From assembly GCA_028534125.1 (NCBI GenBank), contig CM052830.1, positions 22,878,001 through 22,942,000 of the forward strand: 64,000 nt of DNA, given 5' to 3'. Numbering within the stretch: position 1 is the stretch's first letter; every line of letters starts with the position of its first letter. Below the pieces are notes generated by a model. That model was not told where the DNA came from and made no database searches. It saw only the letters and a list, made by a program, of their open reading frames with translations. Made by a program: the position numbers and the translations under genes. Below, piece by piece: positions 1 to 12,500 of the stretch. This DNA comes from Lama glama. Lineage: Eukaryota.

Positions 1-300
1 GACAGATGCGCAGCAGGGAAAGACCGGAGCAGGTCAGAGGTCCCAGGAGAGACTGCTCCAAGAAAATGAAATGGAAAAATGCCCAACAAATGTTAGGATA
101 TTGAGATTTCAAGATACTGAGATATGACGTTATTCAAAGAAGAGTTACACCAGTTAGAGGGGCTTGGGCTGAACTAGTGTGAAGTACATGGAAAGGCAGA
201 CAAGCTAAAAACAAAAAGGTATTTATCAACAACATAGAAAGAAAAGGATTTCAGGAAAAGAAGAGCAATCACAGTGCAGGCACCGGGGGCTACAGGGTGG
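1..300 (+). mobile_element. HAL1/old L1-like fragment
   Basis: A-rich segment (aagaaaatgaaatggaaaaatgccc...gggctgaactagtgtgaagtacatggaaa...aaaagaagagcaatcacagtg) resembling the recalled HAL1 consensus. No search was run. Confidence 0.45.
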
Positions 301-1039
301 CGCTCAGATTAACCGTCACCATCCCAGCCCCAGTCCGGATTCTCCCAGCAGCTGGCAGCTCACAGCCGTGTCCTTCTGGGACTTGCCCCAGCCTCAGGGA
401 GCCGCCTTCCCGGCCTCCTTCCCGGGGCTGGCCCCCGTCCGATGGCCGGTCCCTGTGGTTGTACAAAGCCCCGTCCCGTCTCAGTTTGGGGCACCTCTGC
501 AGGGCGACCCCAGCGCAGAGCGGCTCAGTCCGGCACCTCCCACCCCCTCAGGTGGGGTCCCAGATTCGCTCCCCGAGAAACACCGGGCACAAATCTCTGC
601 CTCAGAAGCAGCAACTTGGAGGTTGCCCTAAGCCAGGACGCTGCCCGGCTCGGCGGCAGGCCCCTGCCACCTCTGTTCAAAGTGGACACAGAACTCCTCG
701 CTGTCTTTCAGGAACTCGGCATACGTGGGAGAGCAAACTGTTGTTTTCCAAGAAAGCAACGTGCCGCCGAAGATTCTAGACTGCAGCCAGCTCTGCCGCT
801 ACCTGGGTGTGCGTGAGCTCTTAGGAGACGAGAGGGAGGGGCTCCCCAGCGTGGCAGGAAATGCGGTTCAAGCTTTTCCCGCAGAGACACTTCCTCCTGC
901 CGCATGTAAGTCGGGGGAAGGTCCCAGGTAAGAAGAGAGGAGAGCAATGCTGGGAGTGAACACGCAAGGCAGTTCCCGGAGAAGGGAGGACACCTGCGCT
1001 CAGTCCTGGATCCACGCACATGTCCCAAGTTCACTCCAA

Positions 1040-1450
1040 GGTTCACACGACGTGCTGTTCCCCAGGCTCAGGCTCCGCGCTGGGGGTGGGAGAGCGACGT
1101 CCCTGCTCAAGGAAAGCGCCTGGTAAACGCAGCTTGCAGAGCTGGGCCGGGGCAGGGCGCTCACCCAGCACGTGCTGCTGGGCGACGTGGACGCGATGCC
1201 TTAGCTGCGCAGACAGGGTTTCACTTAAATGAAAAGGGGTCTGCTCACCGCCCCAGCGACGGGCACGGAGTCTGCAGCGCTGCGCGGGGTGAGCGGTCCG
1301 GGCGGCCAGAGCCAGGCGGAGGCGGGCCGGCCTGGGCCCCGCGGCCGCCGGGGCTGCGTGCGCCCTCCTGTCTGTGACCGAGGGCTGAGCCGCCTGCGCT
1401 GGACTCCAGGCTCCGCACGAGACACAGATGATTACCACCGAAACTGCCTC
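1040..1450. promoter_or_regulatory. CpG-island-like patch
   Basis: Dense CpG/GC sequence (e.g. gggccccgcggccgccggggctgcgtgcgc) with GC boxes and several GTGAG donor-like motifs on both strands. Confidence 0.55.
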
Positions 1451-1904
1451 CCCCAGACTGCATTTTCCAGGACAAAGTTATGGAAAATAAGATGAGGAGA
1501 ATGCTGCTAAGAGCCCAGATCGCCTCTGGAATTAGAGAGCTGTTCTGAAAAAGCCGGAGAACAGGGCGAGGCTGTGTGGTCCTTGGCTTTCTTGTCCTGA
1601 GAAGGAGATTGCCTGGGGGTGTGTTCCGCGATCGTAACTTCAGTGCAAAGGTGTCAGCTTAGCAATCATGCGCTGTCCCTCACCTTCTACCCATCCCTCA
1701 CCGCGACTGACTCGGACTTCAGAAGTCCAAGCGCAGGGTGCCCTACGAATCTTACTTAACCGACAGTCTTATCAGGCTTGGAGATCTGGATTGGAAACAG
1801 TACCCAAAATGTCTTTTTTAAATCCTAAAAAATCATCGGCTCAATGTTCCACAGATGTTAAATTCCTCTTAGCACTGCTCACATGCACACATGTTTCTAG
1901 TGGG

Positions 1905-2105
1905 TAACACTTCCCCGTGGTGCCCCGCAAACCGTGGTGCCCTCACAATCACCCCGAGGTCTCCTTAAAACAGACTGATGGACTCGGCCCCTAGACGTTC
2001 TGATTCGTTAGATCTGGGGTGGAGCCCCAGAATCTGCATTGCTAGCGGGCTCCCAGGTGATGCCAACGCTGCTGGCCCAGGAACCACTCTCTGAGAACCC
2101 CTGCT
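1905..2105. mobile_element. MER5-family hAT-Charlie MITE
   Basis: ttctgattcgttagatctggggtggagccccagaatctgcatt...ctcccaggtgatgcc...ctgagaacccctg matches the typical MER5A body and end. Confidence 0.75.
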
Positions 2106-3382
2106 CTGACTGGTGCTCCTGACCAGGGTGGGGAGAGGAGACCGCCCCAGCAGCCAGACCGCTAGCTGACACCCGGGGAAGGCACTGCCAAAGTGGACAC
2201 ACAGAATGATGGTCAGCCAACTGATGAAAAGATCTGAGTTTCAGACGTGCAAGCCAGCCAGTTGAGACATGCAGGCAGCAAGGGGCCATGCGGAAGCCCC
2301 CTTCCGAGCAGGCAGGCATGGCCCAGGCTGTGCGGGCAACAGAGAGGGAGAAGGAACTTCTCGTTTTTGAGCATCTGCACGTGCATCTTCCTGCCTCTTA
2401 CAAGTTTTATATCTCCTGTTGACTGAGCACCTGCTGTGTGCCAGACTCTTTATACACATGAACTCAGCTTGCCCTCCCCTGTGGAGGACGAGGGCACTGG
2501 GGCTCGGGCCAGCTGAGTGACCTGCTCACCACCACATACGGCGCCTTGGAGGGGTGCAGGGCGTCCCCCAGGATGGGCATGGCGGGGAGGAGATGTGAGA
2601 CGAGGCTATAGACGCAGGTCAGCAGCGCGGGGCGTGCACGGCCATCGTTCTGGTAGAAAGGATGAACACGTGTTTGTCTGGAGTTCTGTGAAGCGCAACG
2701 GCTTGCCTTCTCTGTACTCTTCCAGAACATGCAATGGCAGTAGCTGCCTGTTTGGAGAAAGTTCCTAGACGCCGAGTTCCATGGGAATTGGCTAAACCAA
2801 CTTCATCCAAGTTACCCAACCAATTTTTCTGCAATGTGTTCTTTTTCTCTCATGTCAGAGTAAATCCAAAGCTGGAAAAAGTGACTGAAAACAAATACCG
2901 TGATGGAAATGAAAAAAAAAAAACCGCCATGCTGTTCAAAACTCTTCAAGCTGTGTGACATGTGGTGCTGCATCTTAAAATGTTACATTTAATAAAAAAA
3001 AAAAGTTTGAAAGGGGTCCTGCCGGAGCAAGCCAGCTTGGCCAACTGTCAGGAAAGCAGCTTGACAGCTTCAAGGGAAGCGGGAGGTCATAACCAGTCTC
3101 TGATGGGAAAATATATGTCCATCTGAGCGGATACGGACATGTTAAAATACGGAACATTTACACATCCTCCAGAAAGACGATGTGGCTGGGGTTTTTCTTC
3201 TTAAGGACTGAGGCTGAGAAGGAAGCTGCGGAAGGGGAGGCTGGTACAAACTGCCGTGTGAAGTGAAGGTCTCTGAGGCCAGAGAAACTCAGAGGCAGAG
3301 GAAACAGTGCCCCCTTTGCAGGTGAGACCCAGAGGACGGCGGCTTGACCTCTCATCTCCTGCTATTATCACAGTAAGAAATA

Positions 3383-3540
3383 CGTGTAAATGTGTGTGAG
3401 CATGTGTGCACATGTGGGTGTGTTTACATGTGTGCACTATGTATGTTGCGTGTGTGCATGTATGCATGATAGAGCGGTACTTATTTACACGTGTGTACGT
3501 GTGTGTGTTCATGTCCATCTGTGTATGCACACGTGTATCT
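3383..3540. repeat. Degenerate (TG)n/(CATG) low-complexity repeat
   Basis: tgtgtgtgagcatgtgtgcacatgtgggtgtgtttacatgtgtgcac... seen directly. Confidence 0.9.
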
Positions 3541-4214
3541 TCCAGAGTCTGTTGGCACCGGGTCAAAGCAGTCAGCAGAGACAGGCACACAACATGAGCT
3601 GGCCCAGGAGGTGGCAAAACTCACGGCACGGGTGTGCGGGCGGACCCAGCAAACCCACGTGCCTAAAACCCAGCAGTGGGTCCAGGAGAGGCGCTCTCCT
3701 TCTAAACATTGGAGAGCCGACGTGGTGAGACGCTAGAAAAAGAAGGTTTCGGCAGGAAGAAAGTTTTGACGGCTTGAGGAGAATTTTTCAGTATGACACA
3801 TTCTCAGAATTCAGGGGAAAACTTCACAGAGTTGAACTTCAAACTTCAAACAAGTCCAGCCAGCCTTGGACTCAGCTCCCCGTTCTGGGGCTTAATAGCC
3901 TCCCCACCCCGCCAAGGATGACTTCCACTGCAGCACCACTCTCCTCACAGCCACCCGGAGCTCCTCGGTCTCCTCAGAACGTCTCCATCCAGCCCCGAAG
4001 ACGGGCTTCAAGACAGCCGTCCTCTCCAGGCAGGTCTTTCGCTGACCACCTGCTCAGCTGCTGGCCGGCCTGTCCGGAAGCGCCCCGTGGCCGTCCTCAC
4101 CTCCACAGCGCTATTTCTTTTGTTCACCTATCCAGAGTGTCCTTGACCTTCCAATCTACCTACACAGGCCCTACCGTCGGCACATGGCTGTGAAATACAC
4201 AAGTGCCTGTGAAG

Positions 4215-4470
4215 GCAGAGTCTCCTGGGGAATGTGGCACAGAGAAACCGACTCTGTCCAGGGCGTTAGGAGAGGCTTCAGTGAGGAAGGATCTTTGGGA
4301 CTGAAATCTGAAGGATGAATCAGTTTCATGAGAGAGGGGATGGAGAGGAGGCCATCCCAAGCAGTGGTACCAGGCTGTGCAAAGGCCCTGTGGCAGGAGG
4401 AGTGGAAAGATGGCTAATGTGGCTGGAGAGACAGCCTGGAGAGCTTCTTTAAGGCCACTGTTCTCGTGAT
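4215..4470 (-). mobile_element. L2 LINE fragment
   Basis: aggcttcagtgaggaagg...tgaaatctgaaggatgaa...tgtgcaaaggccctgtggcagga is the typical antisense L2 3' region. Confidence 0.7.
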
Positions 4471-4480
4471 CTTTCTGAAT

Positions 4481-4626
4481 CAGGGCTGCCACATAAAGTG
4501 CAGGATGCCCAGTTAAATTTTTCCAATGTGTCACAAGGGACGTATGCTAAATACTTACATGAAAAAAAGCTGTTTATCTGAAATTCAGATTTGACTGGAC
4601 ATCCTTTATCTTTATTTGCTAGCGAC
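4481..4626. mobile_element. MER53-like hAT MITE
   Basis: cagggctgccacataaagtgcaggatgcccagttaaattt ... gtttatctgaaattcagatttgactggacatcc, with internal inverted symmetry (ggatgcccagtt / actggacatcc). Confidence 0.7.
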
Positions 4627-6154
4627 TTTACTCTGCATACAAGCAAAGGACACATTTTTCTACATAACTCATCTGTATTCTTAGTCACAGTGGGTCTTAT
4701 TTTTAGCTTTCCGCCTCCCATGACCTCAATCAGAGAACCTCGGAGCAGGAGGAGCCCTGCTAGGAAGCAGCTAGTCTGCCCTCCTAGCGCCGCAGACAAG
4801 AACGAACAGGAGGCCGAGACAGGCACCAGAGCCCCTCGAGGTCACAGACGAAGACCCCACGCGGCTCCCTGCACGCCCTCCTGCTGTGCCTAGGACAGCA
4901 CTGGGCACACTGAAAAACAGCTGCATCCATCCCGTGACTGAATTAACAAACTCATTTGCATGCCTCTGTGCGGAGGGAGGGGGATGAACAGACACAAACC
5001 CAGACAGCCAGGAGCTTTCCAAACAAAATAAACAGCCAGCCAGACAGTCAAGGGGCCACTTGCAAAGCAGAGGGACCGACACAAAGGACCCCAGCCAGCG
5101 GCTGCTCCCACCAGCTAGACGCTTGCCTTCTCCGGGCGACTGCACGAGAGCCGGGGGCCAAGAAGGCTCTCCCCATGGCTGGCTTGGTGACTTTATTCCT
5201 GAATGGTGGCCCATGGAACTGACCTGGCAAGTGTGGGAAGGGATCGTTTTTACCTTGAGATGGAAACTGTGACCCTGAAGGGACTCACCCACCAGCCTCG
5301 TTTGTCCCGTTCAGGTCCTAGTTATTTGCTGACAGACTTTTTCTTGCCCTCTCTGCAGGCAGAACACGCCCCGTCCAAATATGCACAACCACCAGGAGAA
5401 AAAGGCAGGGTGGGACCCTCCACCACTATTTACCAAAGGAACGCAGCCCTCATATTCAAGCCCGCTGAATGCCGGGGCTTAATCCCTCGGCGTAGGCTCG
5501 GCTTTCATTCCTCCACGGACTTGAAAAGACGTCGGTCCGTCCCAGTCACAGTCAAACGCAAGCCTTTCACTTCCCAAAGACAAATACGGATTTGGACACA
5601 TGAGAAGCGGAGGCTCCCTTGCGGAGGCATGAACAGGGAACTCAGCGGCCGGGCTCCCCCCCAGGAAGCACGGGAGCCGTGCTCTTGCCACGGCCCCACC
5701 AAGGGCGGCGGGAGCCCATCGCGCCAGAACCTAACTGAAACCTCAGGCTGAAACAGTGTTTTGTGATACTTGGAGGAAGAGGATGGGCAAAGACAAAAAG
5801 GGAGGACAAAGCGTGTGCACAGAAGAGGCGTGGAAAGCGGCCCACCTCTTGACCGCGGGGCCGTCTGGACGGTGGCCATGGAGTTGAACGAGGTGCGGCC
5901 TGCCTTTCAGTCTCAGGGACCCAAAGCCGTCCTGCAGGACCAGCTGCTGCCAGCATCGTGGCTCCAGAGCGAGGGCCTTCGGGGGCCCTTAGGACCCTCG
6001 ATCCACAAGCGTAGGTAAAGAAATGCAGCAGGAAGGACGCTGGTGAGACCTTCAGACCCACCACCTGGCATCCACGAATCCACTGGAAGGCACTGAAGCC
6101 AAAGAGAAAGAGCCGGGTTTCTGCGTGTCCTCCCCTGGGTGGTTTCTGTGTGTC

Positions 6155-6330
6155 CTCACCGGGGTTTGAATCTGAGTTCCGCCACATACTAAGCTCTTGT
6201 GTCACTGCACTAATTATGTCCCCGAGCCTCACTCTCCTTATCTGTGAAAACAGGCAGGCCGGTGCTCATCTCACAGTCGGGCCTGAGAGCCAAGTGACAG
6301 AAGGCTTGCACAAGCACGGGTGCGCTTCCT
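6155..6330 (+). mobile_element. MIR SINE
   Basis: ggggtttgaatctgagttccgccacatactaagctct...gagcctcactctccttatctgtgaaa resembles the MIR core. Confidence 0.65.
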
Positions 6331-6519
6331 TCTCCCCTTAAACCAGGTGCCCGGAAGCTGGCCTTTGGAAGCTTCATTAAAGACTGCGGGCAGGGAAATA
6401 CCTACCTTCATCGGTGAGGCAGCCCCTGGCAGGTAAAAGCTGGGCTCGGTGGCAGCCCGGTTCAAGGCTTCATGAAAAGACTCCCTTCCCAGCAGGCAGC
6501 TGACTGCTGCGAGGCTGGC

Positions 6520-7050
6520 CCCCGGCCTCCGCAGAGCCACCTGTCTCTCCTGGTCTTTGACACCTGCCGGGCGGCGCGGCCCGTTCGAGCACGCCTGGAC
6601 GAGGGGCGCGGAGAGTCCCGCGGGGCTGGCGGGGCTGCAGGCCCCAGCCGCTCAGCAGCCACGCCTGGGAACGCCATGTGAGGTCTCCTCATTCTGTCTT
6701 CCTTCTCTCGGTGGTTCTTGCAGACAGCCACCTGCAAGTGTCATTTCTGTTGGCTCTGCACAGAGGAACGGTTTGAACCCTCCTTCCTCTGAGAGTCTGC
6801 TCTGTCCGAAGGGCCAGGATCTCCTGCCGTTCAGCCGACACCGCGACAGGCACGGGTCTCACCGAGGGACCCGCTATTCTCTTCCTCCAGCAGAAGTTCC
6901 CACCGACGCGACAAGCCCACTCTGCCTCGGTGAAAACAGCCCACGTGGCAGATCGGGCGCCCGGGGACAGGACGCGCCTTCCCTCCAGGCCCAGCCGGGC
7001 GCGAGCGGGGCCGCAGCCGGGCCCCCCGCGATGACCGGCTCCGCCTAGTC
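6520..7050. promoter_or_regulatory. CpG-rich patch
   Basis: High CpG density (gccgggcggcgcggcccg; gggcgcgagcggggccgcagccgg). Confidence 0.45.
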
Positions 7051-7704
7051 CCTGCTCACCAGACTCAGCAGCTGCGGCAGTAGATCTGAGATAAAAGGAT
7101 ATGATCTTTCTGGCTGAGTCATCCAGGTTATTACCCACTCTCCCCCTCCCCGTACGAAGTCGATCGGGCTCCAGGAAAAGCTCCTGCATCATCCAATGTG
7201 GTAAACGGCTCCTAGGGGCGCTCTGACCAATGCCAAGCGCGAGTTTAGACCAAGGACACGCCAGGCCTTTCTGTGGCTTCAGAGAGCTGGAGGTCAGGGG
7301 AAGGTCATACGACAGAGGAGACACGGGCAGGCATGAGATGCAAGGTTGGATTCAACCCTGCCGACCTACGAGGGTCAGATTTTCCACCGCTGTCTCTGCA
7401 GTCCAGAGACCCAACAGCTCTACCCAGATTTCCAAGTCCTCTAACCCTCCCCCAGGCTTTTCTTGTCCACTTAAAGCCACACAAAGAGGTCACCAAAAGC
7501 AGACAGTCCCATGAAAATCAAACTAGACAACATAAACAAAGAGGAAACGTAACATAAGCTCTTTAAACCTTTGGCCCCGATTCCACTGGGGCCATCCTGT
7601 TTGGGTTTTGATGCCAGGTGCGTAGGGTCAAATGTCAGCATTTCCTGGTTTGTATCCTTTTGTCTGAAAATGCTTGGGACGCGCTGTCCCTCCTGTTTGT
7701 TACT

Positions 7705-8615
7705 TCACTCTAAAAAATGGAACCAACACCTCACGCCCATTAGGATGCCTAACATCAAAAAAGCTGAACACAACAAGTGTTGGTGAGGGTTGAAGAAACC
7801 GGCTGACACCACTGCCCCCACCACCCCCGTGCAGGTGAAATCTGTGTACTGCTACGTCTGCCTCAAAAACAAACCCCCAGAATTGACAAGTGACTCACCC
7901 CAGAGCAAGCGGCTGAAGCAGTCTGAACAGTCAGGACTCAAACCTCAGTTCTTTTGACCCCACACACTGTGGTCTCTAATCAAACACAAACGTTCCCCCA
8001 CACTTATATAAAATAAGAACACTTGGACTTTATGCATTGAAAACCATCTACGTACGCAGACCTGCAGAAACCCGTGTTGTTCAAGGGTCAGCTGTACGTC
8101 CAAGAGGAGTGGAAGCAGGTCTTGAAGAGACATCTGTACACCTGTGTTCAGAGCAGCACTGTTCCCAAGAGCCAAAGAAGTGGAAGGAACCCAAGTAGCC
8201 ACTGACACAGATGAAAAAACCAACAAAATGCGGCGTATGCTTACCATGGAGTATTATGCAGCACCAAAAAGGAGGGAAATTGTGACACAGGCTATAACGT
8301 GGGGGAATCTTGAGGACGTTATGCTGTGTGACATAAGCCAGTTACAAGAAGACACTGTATGATTCCACTTATATGAGGTACCTAGAGTAGTCAAAATCTT
8401 AGTGACAGAAAGCAGAATGGTAGGTGCTAGGGGTTAGGGGAGGAGAAAATGAGGAGCTATTTAATGGGTACAGGGCTTCAGTTTTGCAAGAATACAAGGG
8501 TTCTGGAGATGGGTTGCATACCAGTGTGAGTGTATTTCACACTAGTGATCTGTACACTTACAGAGTTTAGACAGTAAACGTTCTGTTTTGTACACTTCAC
8601 TACAATTTTTTAAAC
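7705..8615 (+). mobile_element. Old L1 (L1MB/MC-like) ORF2-end/3' UTR, interrupted
   Basis: cacctcacgcccattaggatg...aacaagtgttggtgagg, then tgttcagagcagcactgttcccaagagccaaa...gattccacttatatgaggtacctagagtagtcaaa...gtttcagttttgcaag-like 3' UTR. Confidence 0.8.
8020..8096 (-). mobile_element. Tigger2-like (TcMar) terminal fragment
   Basis: The reverse complement reads tacagctgacccttgaacaacacgggttt, which matches the Tigger TIR CAGTTGACCCTTGAACAACACGGG preceded by TA. Confidence 0.7.
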
Positions 8616-11600
8616 AACAGAGCCAGAGTCTTTACAAATATTCAAAGTCTGTCATTATATTCCAAGGAATCAAATCAAGACTGTCATGAAAAGACAGCTA
8701 AAACTGGGGCGACAGTTCCAGTAGCTGGGATGGTCTGCCAGACTCCTCCACCTCACAGAGACGTGCCTTCTGTTCTCTGTCTTCCCTACTCCATGTGAGG
8801 TGGGCACAGAGGAAGAGATGAACAGAAAAAGTTTTGAAAAGAGAACACATTCTGGGAGACAGAAAAATTAGCCGTCGTTTGCAGACAAAGATGACATTAC
8901 TGACCCCAAACCAACAAAGCACGGGTGGAGGTCGCTATGCTCCCCGTTACGGGGGCTGCATTTCCACCGCTTCCCCTGAGCAGAGCGGGCACTCCATATG
9001 GGTTTGGTGAGCGGATGAATGAATCGCTCAAAGGCCAAGGGGAACGAACGAAGCCTCTCTTACTGCAGAAATGTACGGAGCCCTCAAGACGGTTAAAAAA
9101 CCAAACTGGCTGCCTCTTTCTGTACAAATTTGAGGGCTGATTTACATGAGACAAGATAAAGGAGGCTCTTGCTAAAATCTTAGGTTTTCCTGAGAGCATG
9201 TGATATCCTGGGTGTAGTTTTGATTTGTCTTCCGTGCGTGTGCGTAAGCCGCAAAGCCAGTCAACTGTTGATGGCCAAACAGCCAATGTCTCTGCCTCTC
9301 CCAGGAGAGATTAAATAGCTCAGGGCTGAGAGAAAATAGAAGATCAAAAGACCAGACGTCCCAGGCTGGCAGGCAGCAAGACGTCCCCTGGCCGAGGGAG
9401 GGTAACCTCTGCTTGAACTTGGAGGAATGTGGAAAACGGGTCCTGGGCTGAGAAGAAAATCTGCAAGATGGTTTCCCTAAGCTGCGCAGAACAGGGTTCT
9501 GAGCTACATGCCTGAAATTCCCCGCCTCACCATAGTGCTTACTTCTAAGCCTCTGTGGTATATACGTATGATTAGCAAAAAAAGAGGTCTTGCTTTCTTT
9601 TTTTTTTTTCAAATGAGAGCGCATAAAGCAAGTCTGGCAGTGAACGTGGTATCTTTGTACAGTTGGGCCAATAATTTGGGGAACATGAGGCAGATGTCAG
9701 GTGATGAAATTCATACCCACTGACCAGTTCACTCCCCCTCCTGGAATCTATTCTGAGACTAAAATCTCAGAGGAGAGTAGAACGTATTAGGGTTTTCCTG
9801 AAAATGCATCTGAATGAATTTTGAGTTCTTCTTAAAAGACTCATTAGGAAGAAGACCCCAGGGGAGACAAAGCATGGCCCCATTACACCTAAGGCCACAC
9901 TGACCCCCACATAAGCCCTGATTCACGGGGGCCGCGTCCCTGGTTTGGAGACAGCACCAACCGCGGCATCCTGAGCAGCTCTGAAGTGCTTCTCTGCCAC
10001 CTGGGATCACCCAGGCAACACTGTCCGTCAGCGCAATCCCCGCGCCCCAGGCTCTCAGACAGGCTTTTTTAAGGTTAATGAGCTACGCCTGGCAGCTAGC
10101 TTGCAGGGCACCGCTATTCAGTTCTTCAAACGGGTGATGAAAGCATCCTGCTCGAGTCCTCAGAAGCCTAAAACAGGACGCAAGCAAGCGGCGAGAGCGG
10201 CGAGAGCGCCGTGACCCCCACGCCCAAGGCCACGGGGGATCGCCAGCGTCCAGGAAAAAAAAAAAAGAGAAAAGACGACAAAAACAAAAACACCCCGAAA
10301 CCTTGACTCCTGAAGCGGCAGGTACTGTCATGCAAATACACGCCGATGAGAAGGCAGGCAGAACCCTTTTCTGCCCGTGGTTTCCAAACACAAAGCTGAG
10401 GAAAAGCGATTTTTGCCAAATTCTTCCAAAGCAAGGAGGAAATAATAAGGGGGGAAGACTTCCGTCATTCAAAAAGCTTCCCCTCTGAATTTGGAACCCA
10501 GGTAACGCCTCCATCTGCCTTTGAAAGGGTTGTTTCCTCAGGGGTCCGCGCCTGTGTATTTCAGGGGTCCTCTCCGGGCCTCACTCCTGAGGAACGAGCC
10601 GCCCTGCTCTGGGCAGTAGAAGCCTGGGGCTGGGCCACCTGTCAGACTTCTCTTTCACGTGGTAATGTCTCCATCTGCTGGAAAGTCAGATGTCTGCATT
10701 AAGGGCAGTAATGGTTTATTTCCCTGTAAATTGAGGTCAGATTTCCATGTCCACTTTCTGATTTGTACGCATTGCCATTTTATTTCAAGCACCTGGGTTT
10801 TATACTTATTTCGGAGGCCCCCAGGGGTCTTCATCCCCACGGCACAGGCGGGACCTCTCCGCACCCCGGCTCAGTTCCCTCCCCGTCAGTCTTTCTCTGT
10901 AACTGTACATCCTCAGGTTAGTCAGGAACCCTCCTCTGAAGCCGGGTATCGTCTACCTGGGGGTCAGGGGTTCCTGCCCCCCAGCCCCGCCGCAGGGCTG
11001 GCATTCTGCTCAACTGCGACCCTAGCTGACACCAGCACCAGCTCTTTTGTTCGGCTGGGCACGCTGCTCAGTGACTGCCTGCTTTGCTTCTGATTTTAGA
11101 ATAAATAAACCCACAAACATGGAGACAGGGAGGACAAGGCTGTGTTCGCCACTCTCTTGTCTCCAGCGCCTCTAAGGTTCTTGCTTCTCCGTACAGTGGT
11201 GTTGGGTCCGTCTCAGCCAGACGCCCACTCAGGGAGCAGCCTAAGAAAGACACGTGCGTCCTGGATGCAGACATCTAACTTTCCCTCTCTGCCGGTTCTG
11301 TCTCTCCATTCGCATGACCTTCCTCTGTAGAATCAATTTCCTCCTCCTCTTGTGGTCCAGCCTCCGTTCTGCCATTCCTTTCTTTAAAGTAAACCAACAT
11401 GCAATTCTGTTTACAAATTATTGCTTCCTGGGATTAAACTCCCAGCGCGAGCCCGAGCAGCCTCCTGGGCCTCCCTGTCTTCATTTGCGCAGTGAGGAAG
11501 TGGGGGGATCTCTTAAGGCCACGCTGTGTGAGACGGTCAGAGGGGGAAGCGGCCCAGTCACGGAAAGACGCCGTCTGCTCCCGCCGACTCTCGGGGTCAG

Positions 11601-11685
11601 ATGTGACAGGAGCCGGAGCTCAGATGCCCCGTCCTCCTCTTGGGAAGGGAGGCCTGGTGAGGAACACCTGACCGTCAGAAACCGC

Positions 11686-11780
11686 GGGAGGGCAGAGCTC
11701 AGCGGGAGAGCGAGTGCGCAGCAGGCGCGAGGTCCTGGGCTCAATCCCCAGGGCCGCCACTGGAAAAATAAGTACACAAA
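11686..11780 (+). mobile_element. tRNA-derived camelid (Vic-type) SINE, heavily GC-substituted
   Basis: gggagggcagagctcagcgggagagcg...gaggtcctgggctcaatccccagggccgcca has A-box and B-box remnants and aligns to the copies at 41490-41700. Confidence 0.8.
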
Positions 11781-11879
11781 AGGAGGAAACAGAAGTCCGA
11801 CAGGGCCCAGGAAAGCCGAGCCCTCCTCGTTCTTCCTGAAGAGAACTTAGAGCTCCAGGGACCAGCCCGTCCCCCCGAC

Positions 11880-12500
11880 CACCAGCTAAAACGCGCCTCA
11901 GGGGCAAGTGAGACGAGCTGAAGAACAAGGCCCTCCCGTCCCGGCCTCTCCCCACAGCCGCCCGCCGCAGGCCGCAGAAGCCCTGAGAAAGTGTGGTCTC
12001 CGCGCTGGTTTAAAGCTCGTGGTCTTCTCTCGCCCCGAAGAGAGTTAGGGTCTGAAGCAGCGACGCACAACGTTCCAAGATCCATTAACAACGACGCCTT
12101 CACAACGGCTGGCGTGAAAGCTGAGTCCGTCACAAGCACAAGCGTGAAGGGGCGGCACCGAGCCCGGGCGCCCAGCGCCTCAGACGCGTAAGTTCCGCAC
12201 TGTGCTGCCCTCCGACGCACGCCCCCACGGCGGTTCCGAGTTCCTCGAGGACGGTGGGGCCTTGCTTGCTCATCCGAGTAGCCTAGACATGGCCATTCTT
12301 CGAAGGTCACGCCTCAGAGCCTGAAGTTCCTCCTCCACTCGCCCCTTTTCCACCGTCGCTGGAAGGGGACACCCACGTTCCTGTCATCCCAGTCCGCGCA
12401 CCCCGTGGCCCAGGCTCCCCACGCGGGACGTGGGCGCTCCTTGCCCGTGCACACGCGGCAGACGTGGGTAACGGCTCACAGCCCTTTTCCACCCTGGGCC
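11880..12500. promoter_or_regulatory. CpG-rich patch
   Basis: High CpG density (ggggcggcaccgagcccgggcgcccagcg; ccgacgcacgcccccacggcgg). Confidence 0.4.

Noticed and set aside
8144-8362. ORF with MFRAALF...MEYYAA (also ORFs at 34023-34451 and 53932-54222)
   Set aside because: Degraded L1 ORF2 C-terminus or L1-derived frames, not host genes.
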